Shown here piece after piece: positions 44,209-55,207 of a stretch of 64,000 nucleotides of DNA (positions are counted from its first letter, which is position 1; the number at the start of each line of letters is the position of its first letter). The translations under genes were made by a program, and so were the position numbers. Origin of the DNA: an uncultured Planctomycetaceae bacterium (lineage in GTDB: Bacteria; Planctomycetota; Planctomycetia; Planctomycetales; Planctomycetaceae). The DNA is taken from the NCBI GenBank assembly GCA_963813715.1, contig CAWFAK010000012.1:1-64000 (forward strand), read 5' to 3'. The notes below the pieces were generated by a model. The model was not told the origin of the DNA. It searched no databases and saw only the letters and a program-made list of their open reading frames with translations.

Positions 44209-44511
44209 ATGGACCTGCGACCTTACATCCGCGGAACGTTGTGGACCGGCGGCCTGCTGGCGATCGGGCTGGCGGTGTCGGGTGCCTTGTGGCTGATCTT
44301 GGGCGCGGCCGGCGACCTGGGCGGCAGCCAAGGAGCCAAAGGAGTCGCATTCGTCGCGCTCGTGGGGCTGGCGCTGGACGTGCTGACCTTGAACGTGCTC
44401 TTGGCGCTCGCTGAATTGACGAGACCGGACGCCGGTCGACCCTCTCAGCCCTCTGGGGATCGGACTGGCAAACCGGCTCCGCCGGGCGACCAGGGCTCGA
44501 GCATCGCGTAG
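44209..44511 (+). CDS. Small two-TM hypothetical protein
   Basis: Two hydrophobic helices; 3' end overlaps the convergent SDR gene. Confidence 0.55.
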   Translation: MDLRPYIRGTLWTGGLLAIGLAVSGALWLILGAAGDLGGSQGAKGVAFVALVGLALDVLTLNVLLALAELTRPDAGRPSQPSGDRTGKPAPPGDQGSSIA

Positions 44512-45271
44512 CCCGGGTCGGCCGCGGCAATCAGGCGCGGCGGTTCGTCATTCGGGTACAGCAGCAATCGCCCGGCAAGCGTTGGAGCGGCGATCAGCCC
44601 CAACACCGCGTCGGCCATCTGATCGAGCGAAATCAGAGTCTTGGGCACGCCTGCGCTTGCCGTTCGGCGGGCGAAACCGAAGCCACGTACGTTGCCACCT
44701 CGTGGCTGGCAATCCAGCCCGGAATCACGCAGTTGACGCGGATGTTTTCTTTCTCCCCCAGCCAGCCGAGTGTGGTCGTCAGCCGTATCACGCCGGCTTT
44801 GGCGATGTCGTAGCCGGGCCAGGGCGAGTGCTTAGAGCCGGGTCCCAGAGCCGAGGTCGATCCGATGTTGACGATCGCGCCGCCGCCGCGTCGCTGCATG
44901 GCGTCGATCGCCAGCAGCGTGGCTCGCATCGTCCCGACGAGCGTGGCCTCGACCGTTTCGACCCATCCCTCGAGCGGACCGGCGTGAGGACCCGGGCCCG
45001 CATTGTTGATCAAAATATCGACGCCGCCAAAGTGATCGAGCGCAAGCCCGAAAAGTCGGCTCAGATCCGTATCGATGCCGATGTCACAGCGATTCGACAC
45101 CGCCTGCCCGCCGTCGGCCTCGACCAGTCGCACCGTCTCGCGTGCACCGACTTCGTCGCGATCCGAGACGACAACCCGACAGCCTTCCCGGGCCAACCGC
45201 CTCGCCATCACGCGGCCGCAACCGAGACCTCCCGCCCCCGTGACGATGGCAACCTTGTCGTGGAAATCCAT
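44445..45271 (-). CDS. Short-chain dehydrogenase/reductase; frameshift near 44650
   Basis: VTGAGGLGCG, INNAG, YDIAK, VNCVIPG. Confidence 0.9.
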
Positions 45272-45326
45272 CGCGGGCCTTCCTATGGGTGGCACCCGAA
45301 ATCCGGCATTGTGCCGCCGGGAACCC

Positions 45327-48257
45327 CTAGTCCCAAGCCAGCGGCGCTTTCCAGGCGTGCCGCAGATCGGCCAGCGCGGCATCGATGAGCGTGCCGTGAG
45401 CCGAGTCGGTCACGATCAATTGTTGGGCCGCGGTCACCTGGCCCAGCCGAGCCAGCGGCAAATCGCCGAAGAGCGATTCAAACTCCTGCTGGTGGGCGGG
45501 CGGCACTTCGATCAGGAACCGCGTGTTGCTTTCGGAGAAGAGCAGCACGGCCGGATCTTCGAGGCCGCTGGCCGATCGCAACGGGGCCAGTTCCAACTCC
45601 AGCCCCAGGCCGCCGGCAAAGGCCATCTCAGCCGCGGCGACGGCCAGGCCGCCTTCGCTCAGGTCGTGGCAGCTCCGCACGAGGCCGCCGGCGATGGCCC
45701 GGTGCACGGCCGTGAAAATCTTCAGGGCCCGCTGCAAGTCGACTCGCGGCACATCTCCGCCCTCGAGCTTGTTGACCTGGGCGAAGTGGCTGCCGCCCAG
45801 CTCGTTGCTGCGTGCGGCCGACGAGATAGATCGCGTTGCCGGCCTCCTTGGCGTCCATCGTCACCGCGTGGCTCACGTCGTCGATCTGGCCGAGCGCGCT
45901 GATCAAAAGCGACGGCGGAATCGCCACCGTCTGCCGCCGGCCGGCCGCATCGACGTACGAAAACTCGTTATTGAGGCTGTCCTTGCCGCTGATGAACGGC
46001 GTCGACCAGGCGACGGCCACGTCTCGGCACGCGAGCGCCGCCCGCACCAGGCTGCCCAAAACTTCCGGCCGCTCGGTGTTGCCCCAACAGAAATTGTCGA
46101 GGATGGCGATCCGCGACGGGTCGGCCCCGACGGCCACGCAATTCCGCATCGCCTCGTCGATCGCCGAGGCCGCCATCCAATAGGGATCGAGGTCGCCGTA
46201 GCGCGGATTCATGCCGCAGGCGATGACGACGCCGCGGAGCGAACGCAGGTCGGGCCGCACGATGGCCGCGTCGGACGGGCCGTCGCTATGCACGCCGACC
46301 AAGGGCTTGATCACGCTGCCCGACTGCACTTCGTGATCGTACTGCCGAATCACCCACTCTTTGCTGCAGACGTTGAGCGAGCCCAGGATCGCCGTGAGAT
46401 CGTCGTCGAAGCGGGGCTTCTTCGGCACCGTCAGCGGCCGCGCGGCGGGAGGGGCGTAAGTCGCCTCGCGGATGACGGGCGGGCGACCGTCATGGAGAAA
46501 GGCCATCGACAGGTCGGCCACCAGCCGATCGTGGTAGTTGAGCACGAGCCGACCGGTCTCGGTGAAGCGGCCGAGCACCGTCGCCTCGACCCCTTCGGCC
46601 CGGCACAACGCGTCGAACGCGTCCCAGTTGTCCGGCCGCACGGCGACGACCATCCGCTCCTGTGCCTCGGAGATCCAAATCTCGGTATACGACAGGCCGC
46701 TGTACTTGAGCGGAGCCCGGTCGAGCCAGACTTCGGCCCCCGTTTCGGCCCCCATCTCGCCGACCGCGCTGCTGAAGCCGCCCGCCCCGCAATCGGTGAC
46801 GGCCGTATATAAGCCGCGGTCGCGGGCTTCGAGCAGCACGTCGGCCAGCATCTTTTCGGTGACCGCGTTGCCGATCTGGACTGCGCCGCCGCTCGTCGTT
46901 TCGCTTTCGTGCGTCAGCTCGCCGGACGAAAAGGTCGGCGCCATGAATGCCGTCGCGACCGGTCCGCCCGCCGACGGCCACGATCAGGTCGCCGGGCTGC
47001 ATCCGCTTTTCGACCTTATCGGCCGGAATGATCGCCACGTTTCCGCAAAAGACGAGCGGGTTGCCGAGGTACCGCGGATCGAAATAGATCGCGCCGTTCA
47101 CCGTCGGGATCCCCATGCGGTTGCCGTAATCGCGGACGCCCGCCACCACGCCCTTCGCGACCGTCCGCGGATGCAGGATGCCCGGCGGCAGCGATTCGTA
47201 CGGCGTATCGGGGGGCGCGAAGCAGAAGACGTCGGTGTTGCAGACGGGCCGCGCGCCGAGCCCCGTGCCGAGCGGATCGCGAATCACGCCGCCCAAGCCC
47301 GTGTTCGCGCCGCCGTACGGCTCGAGGGCCGACGGATGGTTGTGCGTCTCGACCTTGAAGCAGACGCAGTTCTTGTCGTCGAACTTGACGACGCCCGCGT
47401 TGTCTTTGAAGACGCTGACGCACCAATCGTCTTTGCCGAGCCGTTCGCGAATGGTGCGCGTGGCGGCGAAAATCGTTTCCTTGAGCAGGTTGTCAAACCG
47501 CAGCTCGCGGGTTTCGTCCCGATAGTGCACGCGACCGCCGAGCGTCTTGTGCGAGCAGTGTTCGCTCCAGGTCTGGGCGATCGTCTCCAGCTCGACGTCG
47601 GTGGGGTCTCGCTTTTCGCCGGCGAAGTGGTCGCGGATCGTCTGCATCTCGCGGAGGCTCAAGTAGAGCTGCCCCCGGCGGCTGAGCTCGGTCAGCTCCG
47701 CATCGCCCATCGCCCGCAGCGGCACGGTCCCCAGCTCGAATTGGTACGCGCTGCCCAGCGAGAGTTTTTCCAGATGCAGCGGGCCCCAGACGACGTGCTC
47801 GATCGCGTCGTTCGCCAGCGCCCGGTCGGCCAGCTTGTGCAGATCGGACTCGGCCGCGTCGGCGTTGACCCAATACTTGCGGCAGGTGGCCACCTCGTCG
47901 ACAGGCAGGCCCAGGTCGATCAGCGCGGCTCTTCGTGCTTTGCCCCACGTTGTCGGTGACGCCCGGCTTGAAGAGGACGTTGATCGCCCGCGTGCGCTCC
48001 GAGCCCGCCGTCGCACGCTGCTGGCCGTTGGCGGCGACCGGTTGGACGTCCCACGTTTCGACGACCGAATCGACCAGGAGCCGCACGGCCACCCGCTCGA
48101 CGGCCGCTTGAGACTCCGACGTCTGGATCAGGAACGAGCGGGCTGATTGCAGATCGCGGATCGAAGCGGCCTGAAAGTTCTGTGCCTCCTGCAGCACGCG
48201 CTCGGCTTCTCGGTCCGGCTGGTCCTCCGTCGGTCGAATGACGACTTCCCAGAGCAT
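45327..48257 (-). CDS. purL: Phosphoribosylformylglycinamidine synthase PurL with N-terminal PurS-like region; several frameshifts
   Basis: [62 protein letters not shown]. Confidence 0.95.
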
Positions 48258-48261
48258 GGCG

Positions 48262-49203
48262 TCAGTGTGTTCCTTTCGACGTGTCGCCGTCTGACGTGCC
48301 TCGCGGCCCACCCGCGCTTTCACGCAGCCCGTTGGCACGAACCGTGCCCAATCCGTCACGGTTTTGTTTGGCGGTTTGCAAGAGAGCCCGCAGCCGCATT
48401 TTGTCATGCGATTCCAGCGCCGCAAGCAGGTCGCCCAAACGCGCGGAAACCGTCCGCAGTCCGGCCGCCACCTCGTCGGCGTTGGCCAGCAGGATGGCCG
48501 ACCATAACTCTGGATCGCCGGCCGCGATTCGCGTCGTGTCCTGAAAGCCGCCGGCCGTCAGTCCGCGATTTTCGACGTCGAGCGAAGCGGCCAGGGCCGC
48601 GGCCACGGCGTGCGGCACGTGGCTGGTCTGCGCGAGCGCCCGGTCGTGCGCCTCCGGAGACATCTCGACGACCGACATCCCCAACGCCTGCCAGAACTCG
48701 CCCACTCGCGCGACCTGCGCGCGTGAGGCCGACGGCGGAGGCGTGACGACGCACACGCGGTCCACGAACAACTCGGCGTCGGCATGCGCACAGCCTTGCT
48801 TCTCCGATCCGGCAATCGGATGCGAGCCGATAAACGTCACGCCGGCGGGCAAATCGTCGAGCGATCGGCAGATGGGCTGCTTCACGCTGCCGGCATCGGT
48901 GATCAAAGTCCCCGGCCGGGCCGCTTTGGCCAATGCCCGCACGTCGTCGACAATGCGATCGACGGGTGTGCAAACGACGACGAAGTCGCAAGCCGCGGCC
49001 GCCTGGGCCGGTTCGGACTCGACCCGGTCGACCAGCTTTCGTCCCAGGGCCGTCTCGAGATTCTTTCCCGGCCGCCCGCAGCCGACGATTTGACCGTGAA
49101 ATTTGCGGCTCTTCAGCGCGGCGGCCAGCGAACAGCCAATCATCCCGCAGCCGACGATACCGATCGTCTGAAACGGCAACGTTTCGGCGTTCGCATGGGT
49201 CAT
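48262..49203 (-). CDS. tyrA: Prephenate/arogenate dehydrogenase
   Basis: GCGMIG, TDAGSVK, GSHPIAGSE, HDRALAQTSHVPH, GFQDTTRIA. Confidence 0.93.
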   Translation of the reverse strand: MTHANAETLPFQTIGIVGCGMIGCSLAAALKSRKFHGQIVGCGRPGKNLETALGRKLVDRVESEPAQAAAACDFVVVCTPVDRIVDDVRALAKAARPGTLITDAGSVKQPICRSLDDLPAGVTFIGSHPIAGSEKQGCAHADAELFVDRVCVVTPPPSASRAQVARVGEFWQALGMSVVEMSPEAHDRALAQTSHVPHAVAAALAASLDVENRGLTAGGFQDTTRIAAGDPELWSAILLANADEVAAGLRTVSARLGDLLAALESHDKMRLRALLQTAKQNRDGLGTVRANGLRESAGGPRGTSDGDTSKGTH

Positions 49204-49323
49204 GGCGCCCGCATTTTAGTGGAAGGCGGGACGTTCTGCGACTGGGTCTGATTGTAAGGCAGTGGGGTGTGACCAGCTCGCGAACGAGCGCAGGCACACC
49301 ATCCAATGGCAAACTTGGCAGCG

Positions 49324-49885
49324 CTACTTAGCAGCCCGCCTGTATGAGGAAACTGCTGTCTCGACTTTCCTCCACCCTTGCTTCGAATCGAAGACGAAGG
49401 ACGATTGCTCAACGTCGAAACCTCCGTCGACTTCCTCAACAATTGCGACGGTGGCTGTTTCCGATTTCACATTTCTCGTCCGAATCTTCGTCAAGACCAC
49501 GTCCAAGGTTCCCCCCGAATCTTTCAAGGTCTTTTGGGATTCTCTGTTATTCGCAGGTCGCATCAGCACGATTGACGCCGTGCAATGTGTGACGATGGAT
49601 GGCCCCTGATGTTCACTACTGAGAGCGGCGAGGTAGATTCCCTTTTCGATCGAGGTCATTAGAGTTCCAGCGGTTCCGCATCGCTTTCTCAATGCGACGT
49701 CGCTTGAGCTCGCGATTTCAAGTGCCTTCGAGAAGAGGACCGTCACTGCTTCGTGCAGGGCCGGCTTGCCCGACTCTCGTCTCCCATTGGCGTCATCCGC
49801 GATATCAGATCCGTGCATTCGCGGGTGAGGCGAGAGCGGACATCGACACGACCAATGTGGCAACACGCCATCTCATGCTCTGCAT
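49324..49885 (-). CDS. Hypothetical, probably secreted protein; frameshift near 49820
   Basis: ggag RBS then MQSMRWRVATLVVSMSALASPA (signal-like), which joins ORF 49324..49866. Confidence 0.45.
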
Positions 49886-50040
49886 CGATCTGCTCCACGG
49901 ACAACGTCAACCTTGGTCGGGCCAATTCGGCTCGGATTCTACCTAGTGAACGCGAAACCGCTGAATAGCCTGGCGGATGATGGACCTGGTCGGAGTTAGT
50001 TTTGCTCGTTCCAAGCACGGCTCAGACCGAGGTAAGAGTC

Positions 50041-50630
50041 TTAGTCTTCCTGCGATTGAGCCCGATCGATCGTCTCGCACACCAACTCGCGGAACGACGG
50101 ATATCTCAGCCAGGTTTCGCCGATCCGATCGTGGCACAGAACCGACTCGTGCTCGACCTGAATGATCGGGCAATCGTCTCGCTTGCGAGCTCTGAGGTCG
50201 AAGCACATCGGGTCGTATCCACCGCCGCTGACTTCGACCGAACGGAATTAATCCGGCCGGCAGCAAAGTGTTGATCAGGACTGCATCGCGGAGGATCGCG
50301 CTCGCCAGTCCGTCCAACGTCGGCTCCCGGCGGATTGCCCAGGAGCATCGCGGTCTCGAGATGCACATCCAGCCAGCGATAGCTCAGCACGAGTTGCTCG
50401 TACAACGCGGGGAAGGGCCCGGGGACCTTCTGGTAAAGGGCTTCGAGCTGATCGCGACCGGTTCGGATCGCCGCCGGACGCCAGCGGTCCCAATCCGCTC
50501 GGCGTCGTTCGGGACTCGCGAGTTCCGGCGGTGCACGGCTCGCTCGGCAGGCACGTCAGATCGTCGAGCTGCTGCGAACGTGGCGACGAAGCGGGCGAGC
50601 AAGGTCGTCGTCGCGGGTGTCGTTTTCCAT
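50041..50630 (-). CDS. SMI1/KNR4 (SUKH)-like protein, about five single-base insertions (errors or pseudogene)
   Basis: Manual translation: ...LEALYQKVPGPFPALYEQLVLSYRW...LIPFG...GYDPMCFDL...DDCPIIQVEHE...PSFRELV...stop at 50041; ggag RBS before ATG 50630. Confidence 0.6.
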
Positions 50631-51127
50631 CGTCTCCCAATCGTTCCTCATGCCGGCCGGCTGCGACAAGCTCTTGAGACACGGCCCGCGGATGTCCCGG
50701 TAGAGTTTCCAGATCGCCGGATCGTTGCGGATTTCATCAAACCGCGTCCCCGCGAACGTGGCACCCGAGTTTCCGGACGCCCTTACCAAAACCGGTGGGC
50801 ATAGCACTCGCACTCTCATCCATTGGTCTTCGGGCTCGCCAGGTCGACCAGGATAGGCGATCAAAACGAGTTCTCCCCACGTCGCTCGGTGGATGCATCG
50901 GGGTGCACCATGCGGATGGTCCGCCCAAGCCGGCGTAAAACTGATCTTGGACGGTTGGCCATTTGTGGCAGAATGGAATTTGGCCGTCGTATCGGCGGGG
51001 GTGGGACTGGCGCCGGGTCCGGACACTTTCCTGGAAAGCCGATCCTCGGACAAAGCAACCTGGGGGCGAGCTTGGCGGCTCGACTCGTCTGGGCTCGGCG
51101 GCCTGAGACTCAGATCGCCGGAGGTCC

Positions 51128-51432
51128 GGTCCGGTCTAATCTTCACAATTCGGAATTAGACCGGGGTTAAGAGTTGATGCGGATGAGGCTTAGGACGAAG
51201 TCTGAATCCGGTCCGGACACGTTCGCTTGAACACCGGAACAAGGAGACCGCTGGTCGGGATCTGGGGCGAACCTTACGGCCCCGATCCAGCCGCTCACGC
51301 TTTGGCCCAGGCAGGAACGGATCGAGTGCGGACAGGTCCGGTCTAATCTTCACAATTCGCATTTAGACCGGAGTTAAGGTATTGGGGCAATGCGGGTTAA
51401 GGAGAAGTCTGAATCCGGTCCGGACACATTCG
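51128..51432. repeat. Two 98-bp direct repeats (51128-51225 and 51335-51432)
   Basis: Shared blocks ggtccggtctaatcttcacaattcg, ttagaccgg, gttaag and gaagtctgaatccggtccggacac at identical spacing. Confidence 0.9.
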
Positions 51433-51812
51433 GAGTGAAGGGAGACCGGCGGTCGCGAGACAATCGCTTTGTCAACAAAAGCACTGCTTATTGGTCCGCC
51501 AATGGCTATCTGACAGTCATGGGTGCGATCCCCCGCGGCTAGGCGTGGGCATGTTTTCCGGTGCGAATCGCGCATGCAACATCGCCGTGTCAAGATGCAC
51601 CTCCAACCACCGATAGTTCAACACCAGCCGCTCGTCCGGCAGGCCGGTGCTTTTCCGGGTTGGCTCCGGTAAGCTCATGCTCATCGACGACCGGGCGCGG
51701 GATTCGTTTGCGACTCGTCTTCGGCAACCCCCGCTCGTGATCGTGTCTCTGCTCGGTCGTGTCTCTGGTGCCGTCGCTTTCCCACGCTCCCCTCAGACAG
51801 GAATGTGCGCCC

Positions 51813-53171
51813 ATGACAAGTCTGATCTCGAAAAGTCTGACTCGCAGGCTGGCTTTTGGTTCGCTTGTGCTTGCGTTGGCGTGTGCCGTTCGCGCCGGTG
51901 AATTGCCCCAGGCCACGCCGGAATCGCAGCATGTTTCGCCGGCCAAGCTGGCGGTGGCCGAAAAGGCCGTCCAAGACCTGATCGACAAGAAAGAGTACGC
52001 GGGAGCCATCACGCTGGTCGCCCGCAACGGGAAGATCGTCGAGTGGAAAACCTACGGCCTGGCCGACGTCGCCCGCAACAAGCCGATGCAGAAGGACACG
52101 ATTGTCCGCATCTATTCGATGAGTAAGCCGATCACGACCGTGGCGGCGATGATCCTGCACGAGGAAGGCAAGTTTCAGCTCGACGATCCCGTTTCCAAAT
52201 TCATTCCGGAGCTCAAGGGGCTGCGGGTCTACGCCGGGCCAGATAAAACCGAGCCCGTCCGCCGCGAGATCACGATCCGCGACCTGCTGCGGCACACTTC
52301 GGGCTTCACTTACGGCCTCTTCGGCGACAGCCAGGTCGACAAGATGTATCTCACCAAGGGTGTCTTCGATCCCCGCACGAGCCTGCAGCAATTTGTCTCG
52401 CGGCTGGCCGCGCTGCCGCTCAAGTATCAGCCGGGGACGAAATTCAACTACAGCGTGTCGACCGACGTGTTGGGCCGGGTGATCGAAGTCGTCTCGGGGC
52501 AGACGCTCGACGCGTTCTTCGCGGAGAAGATCTTCAAGCCGCTCGACATGGTCGACACGGGGTTTTACGTTCCCGCCGAGAAGGTGGCCCGCTTCGCCGT
52601 CAACTACGGGCCTGACCGCACGCATGCCGAACCGCTGAAGGTTGTCGACGATCCGTCCAAGAACAGCACGTATCTCAAGTCGCCGGCGTTTCTCTCGGGC
52701 GGCGGCGGACTGGTTTCGACGGCCCGCGATTACGCCCGCTTCTGCCAGATGATGCTCAACGGCGGCGAGCTCGAAGGGACGCGGCTGCTCAAGGCGACGA
52801 CGGTCGCGGAGATGACCAAGAATCAGCTCCCCGCCGAGGCGCTGCCGATGACGATGCCCTCGCCGACCGCCGCGTCGGATAAGAGCCTGGGCTTCGGTCT
52901 CGGGTTTGGCGTGCGCACGAGCGCCAGTGCGTCGGATCCGAGCGTAATTCCGGGCGAGTACTTCTGGGGCGGCTACGCCAGCACGGGTTTCATGATTTGC
53001 CCGCGCGACCAGACGGTCATCATCTCGCTGGCCCAGTTCCTGCCGATGAAGGTCACGCTGTCCGACGTCTTTAAGCGGGACGTCGACGCGGCGATCGAAA
53101 CGACCGGAGCGCACGGCCAAGAGGCACCCGCGGGCTTTTGCGCGGCCCCGCGAGTCGGCGTCGCTCAGTAA
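51813..53171 (+). CDS. Serine hydrolase, beta-lactamase class C-like family, secreted
   Basis: SxxK (SMSK), LLRHTSG, YSVSTDVLG, GGGLVST, WGG. Confidence 0.92.
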   Translation: MTSLISKSLTRRLAFGSLVLALACAVRAGELPQATPESQHVSPAKLAVAEKAVQDLIDKKEYAGAITLVARNGKIVEWKTYGLADVARNKPMQKDTIVRIYSMSKPITTVAAMILHEEGKFQLDDPVSKFIPELKGLRVYAGPDKTEPVRREITIRDLLRHTSGFTYGLFGDSQVDKMYLTKGVFDPRTSLQQFVSRLAALPLKYQPGTKFNYSVSTDVLGRVIEVVSGQTLDAFFAEKIFKPLDMVDTGFYVPAEKVARFAVNYGPDRTHAEPLKVVDDPSKNSTYLKSPAFLSGGGGLVSTARDYARFCQMMLNGGELEGTRLLKATTVAEMTKNQLPAEALPMTMPSPTAASDKSLGFGLGFGVRTSASASDPSVIPGEYFWGGYASTGFMICPRDQTVIISLAQFLPMKVTLSDVFKRDVDAAIETTGAHGQEAPAGFCAAPRVGVAQ

Positions 53172-53224
53172 CGAACGGATGATTGGCCCGCCGCCGGAGG
53201 AGCGCGGCGGATCGACCAAGCGAC

Positions 53225-53270
53225 AAAAGAAACGGCCGACCGGCACTCGAAGGAGCCGGTCGGCCGTTTT
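53225..53270. terminator. Bidirectional terminator between convergent genes
   Basis: aaacggccgaccggc-N10-gccggtcggccgttt with A- and T-rich flanks. Confidence 0.8.
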
Positions 53271-53308
53271 GCGTTCATGAGGCCCGCGAGACTGCGCGGG
53301 AGCCCCGA

Positions 53309-53941
53309 CTAGTCGATCCCGGCGCCGAAGTTGTCCTCCGCGGACGCCGGGCGGGCATCGGGCCGGGCCATCGCGTTGACGCGAGCGGACGCCGGCACGT
53401 TTTGGTGCGGCGGTCCGGGCTGCACGGCGGCCGGTTCGATGCGGTGCGACGCGTCGGGCGTGCGGACCAGCCGCGGCGTTTCGAACTCGACTTCTTCGTA
53501 CGGCTCGCGAAGCGTGGCGAAGTGATCTTCGCCGTAGTCGTCGTAGCTGCAGGAATAGCCCGGTTCCTTGGAGCGGACGAGTTCGTCCTCGTATGCTTCG
53601 AGCACTTTGCGCTGGATCAGCTCGCGGCAATCGGAGTTGATCGGGTGGGCAATGTCGGCATAGAGCTTGGCCCGCCCGTCGTTGTCCTTGATCGCGCGAT
53701 CTTCGTCGAGTTTGGCGCCGCACTGGTTGCAGTGCAGGGCCCGCAAGTGGTTCTTGCAGTGGCAGCGCGGGCAGCGATCCGTGAGCTTACGGCTGGGCAT
53801 CGCCACGAATGAGCCCTTGGCGCCCTGAATGATTTTGAGATCGCGGATCACGAAGCAGGAATCGAACGTGATCGAGCAGAAGGCTTGCAGCCGCTCGTGA
53901 GGGTCGTCCATCAACTTGATGCGTACTTCAGAAATCTCCAC
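53309..53941 (-). CDS. spoVG: SpoVG-family protein with a Cys4 insert
   Basis: [39 protein letters not shown]; insert CPRC...CNQC. Confidence 0.9.
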   Translation of the reverse strand: MEISEVRIKLMDDPHERLQAFCSITFDSCFVIRDLKIIQGAKGSFVAMPSRKLTDRCPRCHCKNHLRALHCNQCGAKLDEDRAIKDNDGRAKLYADIAHPINSDCRELIQRKVLEAYEDELVRSKEPGYSCSYDDYGEDHFATLREPYEEVEFETPRLVRTPDASHRIEPAAVQPGPPHQNVPASARVNAMARPDARPASAEDNFGAGID

Positions 53942-53969
53942 GGCCGTCCTCCTTCTCGGTGGCGGTTTC

Positions 53970-54911
53970 TTACGGCCGGCTTTGGGAGACCCACACGCGT
54001 CCGACGCGTGCCCCCCTGAGACGGCCAGCGAGTGACCGCGCTTGACGGGCCGATTTGCACAGCCCGAAATACGCGGTCCCGCTGCCGCTCAACTGGTGCC
54101 CCAGCACCGGCAGGCTCGAAAACACAGACTGGAGTCGATACACCTCCGGGTTCAATCGTTCGGCTGGCGCTTGAAGCGCGTTATGCAACAGTCGGCCCGC
54201 GAGACCGATTTGCCCACAGCGGAGGGCCGCGGACAAATGGTGAACGCTCTGTTTTTCAGCCGGGACTTGAGCGTGCTTGTAGACCAGCGCCGTGGATAGG
54301 CCCGTCCGGGGACGGACAATCACGAAGTGCAGTCCGAGCGGCACATCCAGAGGCTCGATGATCTCGCCGCGCCCGTGACAAACGGCAGCCGACGTCCCGT
54401 CGACAAAGAAGGCCACATCGCTTCCAAGGTGCGATGCCAGCCGCTGAAGCTCGGAAACTCCGAGCCCCAGGTTCCAAAATCGATTCAAGGCCATCAGCGT
54501 CGCGGCTGCATCGCTCGACCCTCCAGCCAAGCCGGCAGCAGAGGGGATGCGCTTCACTAACGCGATGCGGACCCCTCGTTCGACGCCTGCATGCTCGCGC
54601 AGCAACCGGGCCGCTTTAACTACGAGGTTTTCGGACCCGAGCGGGATTCCCTCCCCACCCTCGTCCGTGCTCGTTGGGCCTGCCCCTGGCGGAGCCGACC
54701 CGCGTTTTCCGGACCCTAGTCCCGAGCACTGCAAACGAATTTCGTTTGAGTCCTCCTCCGTGAATATCAGGGTGTCGATCAGATCCACGGCGACCATGAG
54801 TGTCTCCAACTCGTGGTAGCCGTCCAGCCGTTTTCCGAGCAATTCCAGAAACAGGTTGAGCTTCGCCGGCGTATGCACCACCAGCGACGGGCCGACCCGC
54901 CGAAATCGCAT
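53970..54911 (-). CDS. ispE: 4-diphosphocytidyl-2-C-methyl-D-erythritol kinase
   Basis: [40 protein letters not shown]. Confidence 0.96.
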   Translation of the reverse strand: MRFRRVGPSLVVHTPAKLNLFLELLGKRLDGYHELETLMVAVDLIDTLIFTEEDSNEIRLQCSGLGSGKRGSAPPGAGPTSTDEGGEGIPLGSENLVVKAARLLREHAGVERGVRIALVKRIPSAAGLAGGSSDAAATLMALNRFWNLGLGVSELQRLASHLGSDVAFFVDGTSAAVCHGRGEIIEPLDVPLGLHFVIVRPRTGLSTALVYKHAQVPAEKQSVHHLSAALRCGQIGLAGRLLHNALQAPAERLNPEVYRLQSVFSSLPVLGHQLSGSGTAYFGLCKSARQARSLAGRLRGARVGRVWVSQSRP

Positions 54912-55114
54912 CGGCTGAAGTCCTCCCGCAAAACGGCCCGACCGATCTCCCGAATCGCCAATCGCGGGCGACCTCAGTCGCGTCGCGAACAGATCAACGG
55001 ATATTCAACCGCTTGGCAGGGCACAAGTCTTTCGGCCGCTGCGAGCGGATTTTGGGACACTAGGGTTGGAGAATACTACCGACGATTCTCCCAACCGTCA
55101 AGACGCGTCTCGGG

Positions 55115-55144
55115 TTGCACTCTGTTTGTATACACATGTATACT
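55115..55144 (+). promoter_or_regulatory. Sigma70-like promoter overlapped by a 16-bp palindrome
   Basis: ttgcac (55115-55120), 18-bp spacer, tatact (55139-55144); palindrome gtataca-ca-tgtatac at 55128-55143. Confidence 0.6.
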
Positions 55145-55207
55145 TAGTGGGCGGTCGCCATTTCACATTTTTCATGGGACTGAACGCCCCTCGCGGCAAC
55201 TGCACCG

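Noticed and set aside
51200..51220. Link between the 98-bp repeat and the DDE IS terminal repeat (shared gtgtccgg and attcaga)
   Set aside because: Only 8 contiguous bases match and the spacing differs, which is plausible by chance in GC-rich DNA.
51128..51432. CRISPR array or integron attC sites
   Set aside because: Only two 98-bp units with a 109-bp gap and no cas gene or integrase. The hairpin ends are gtctaat and ttagac, not RYYYAAC/GTTRRRY.
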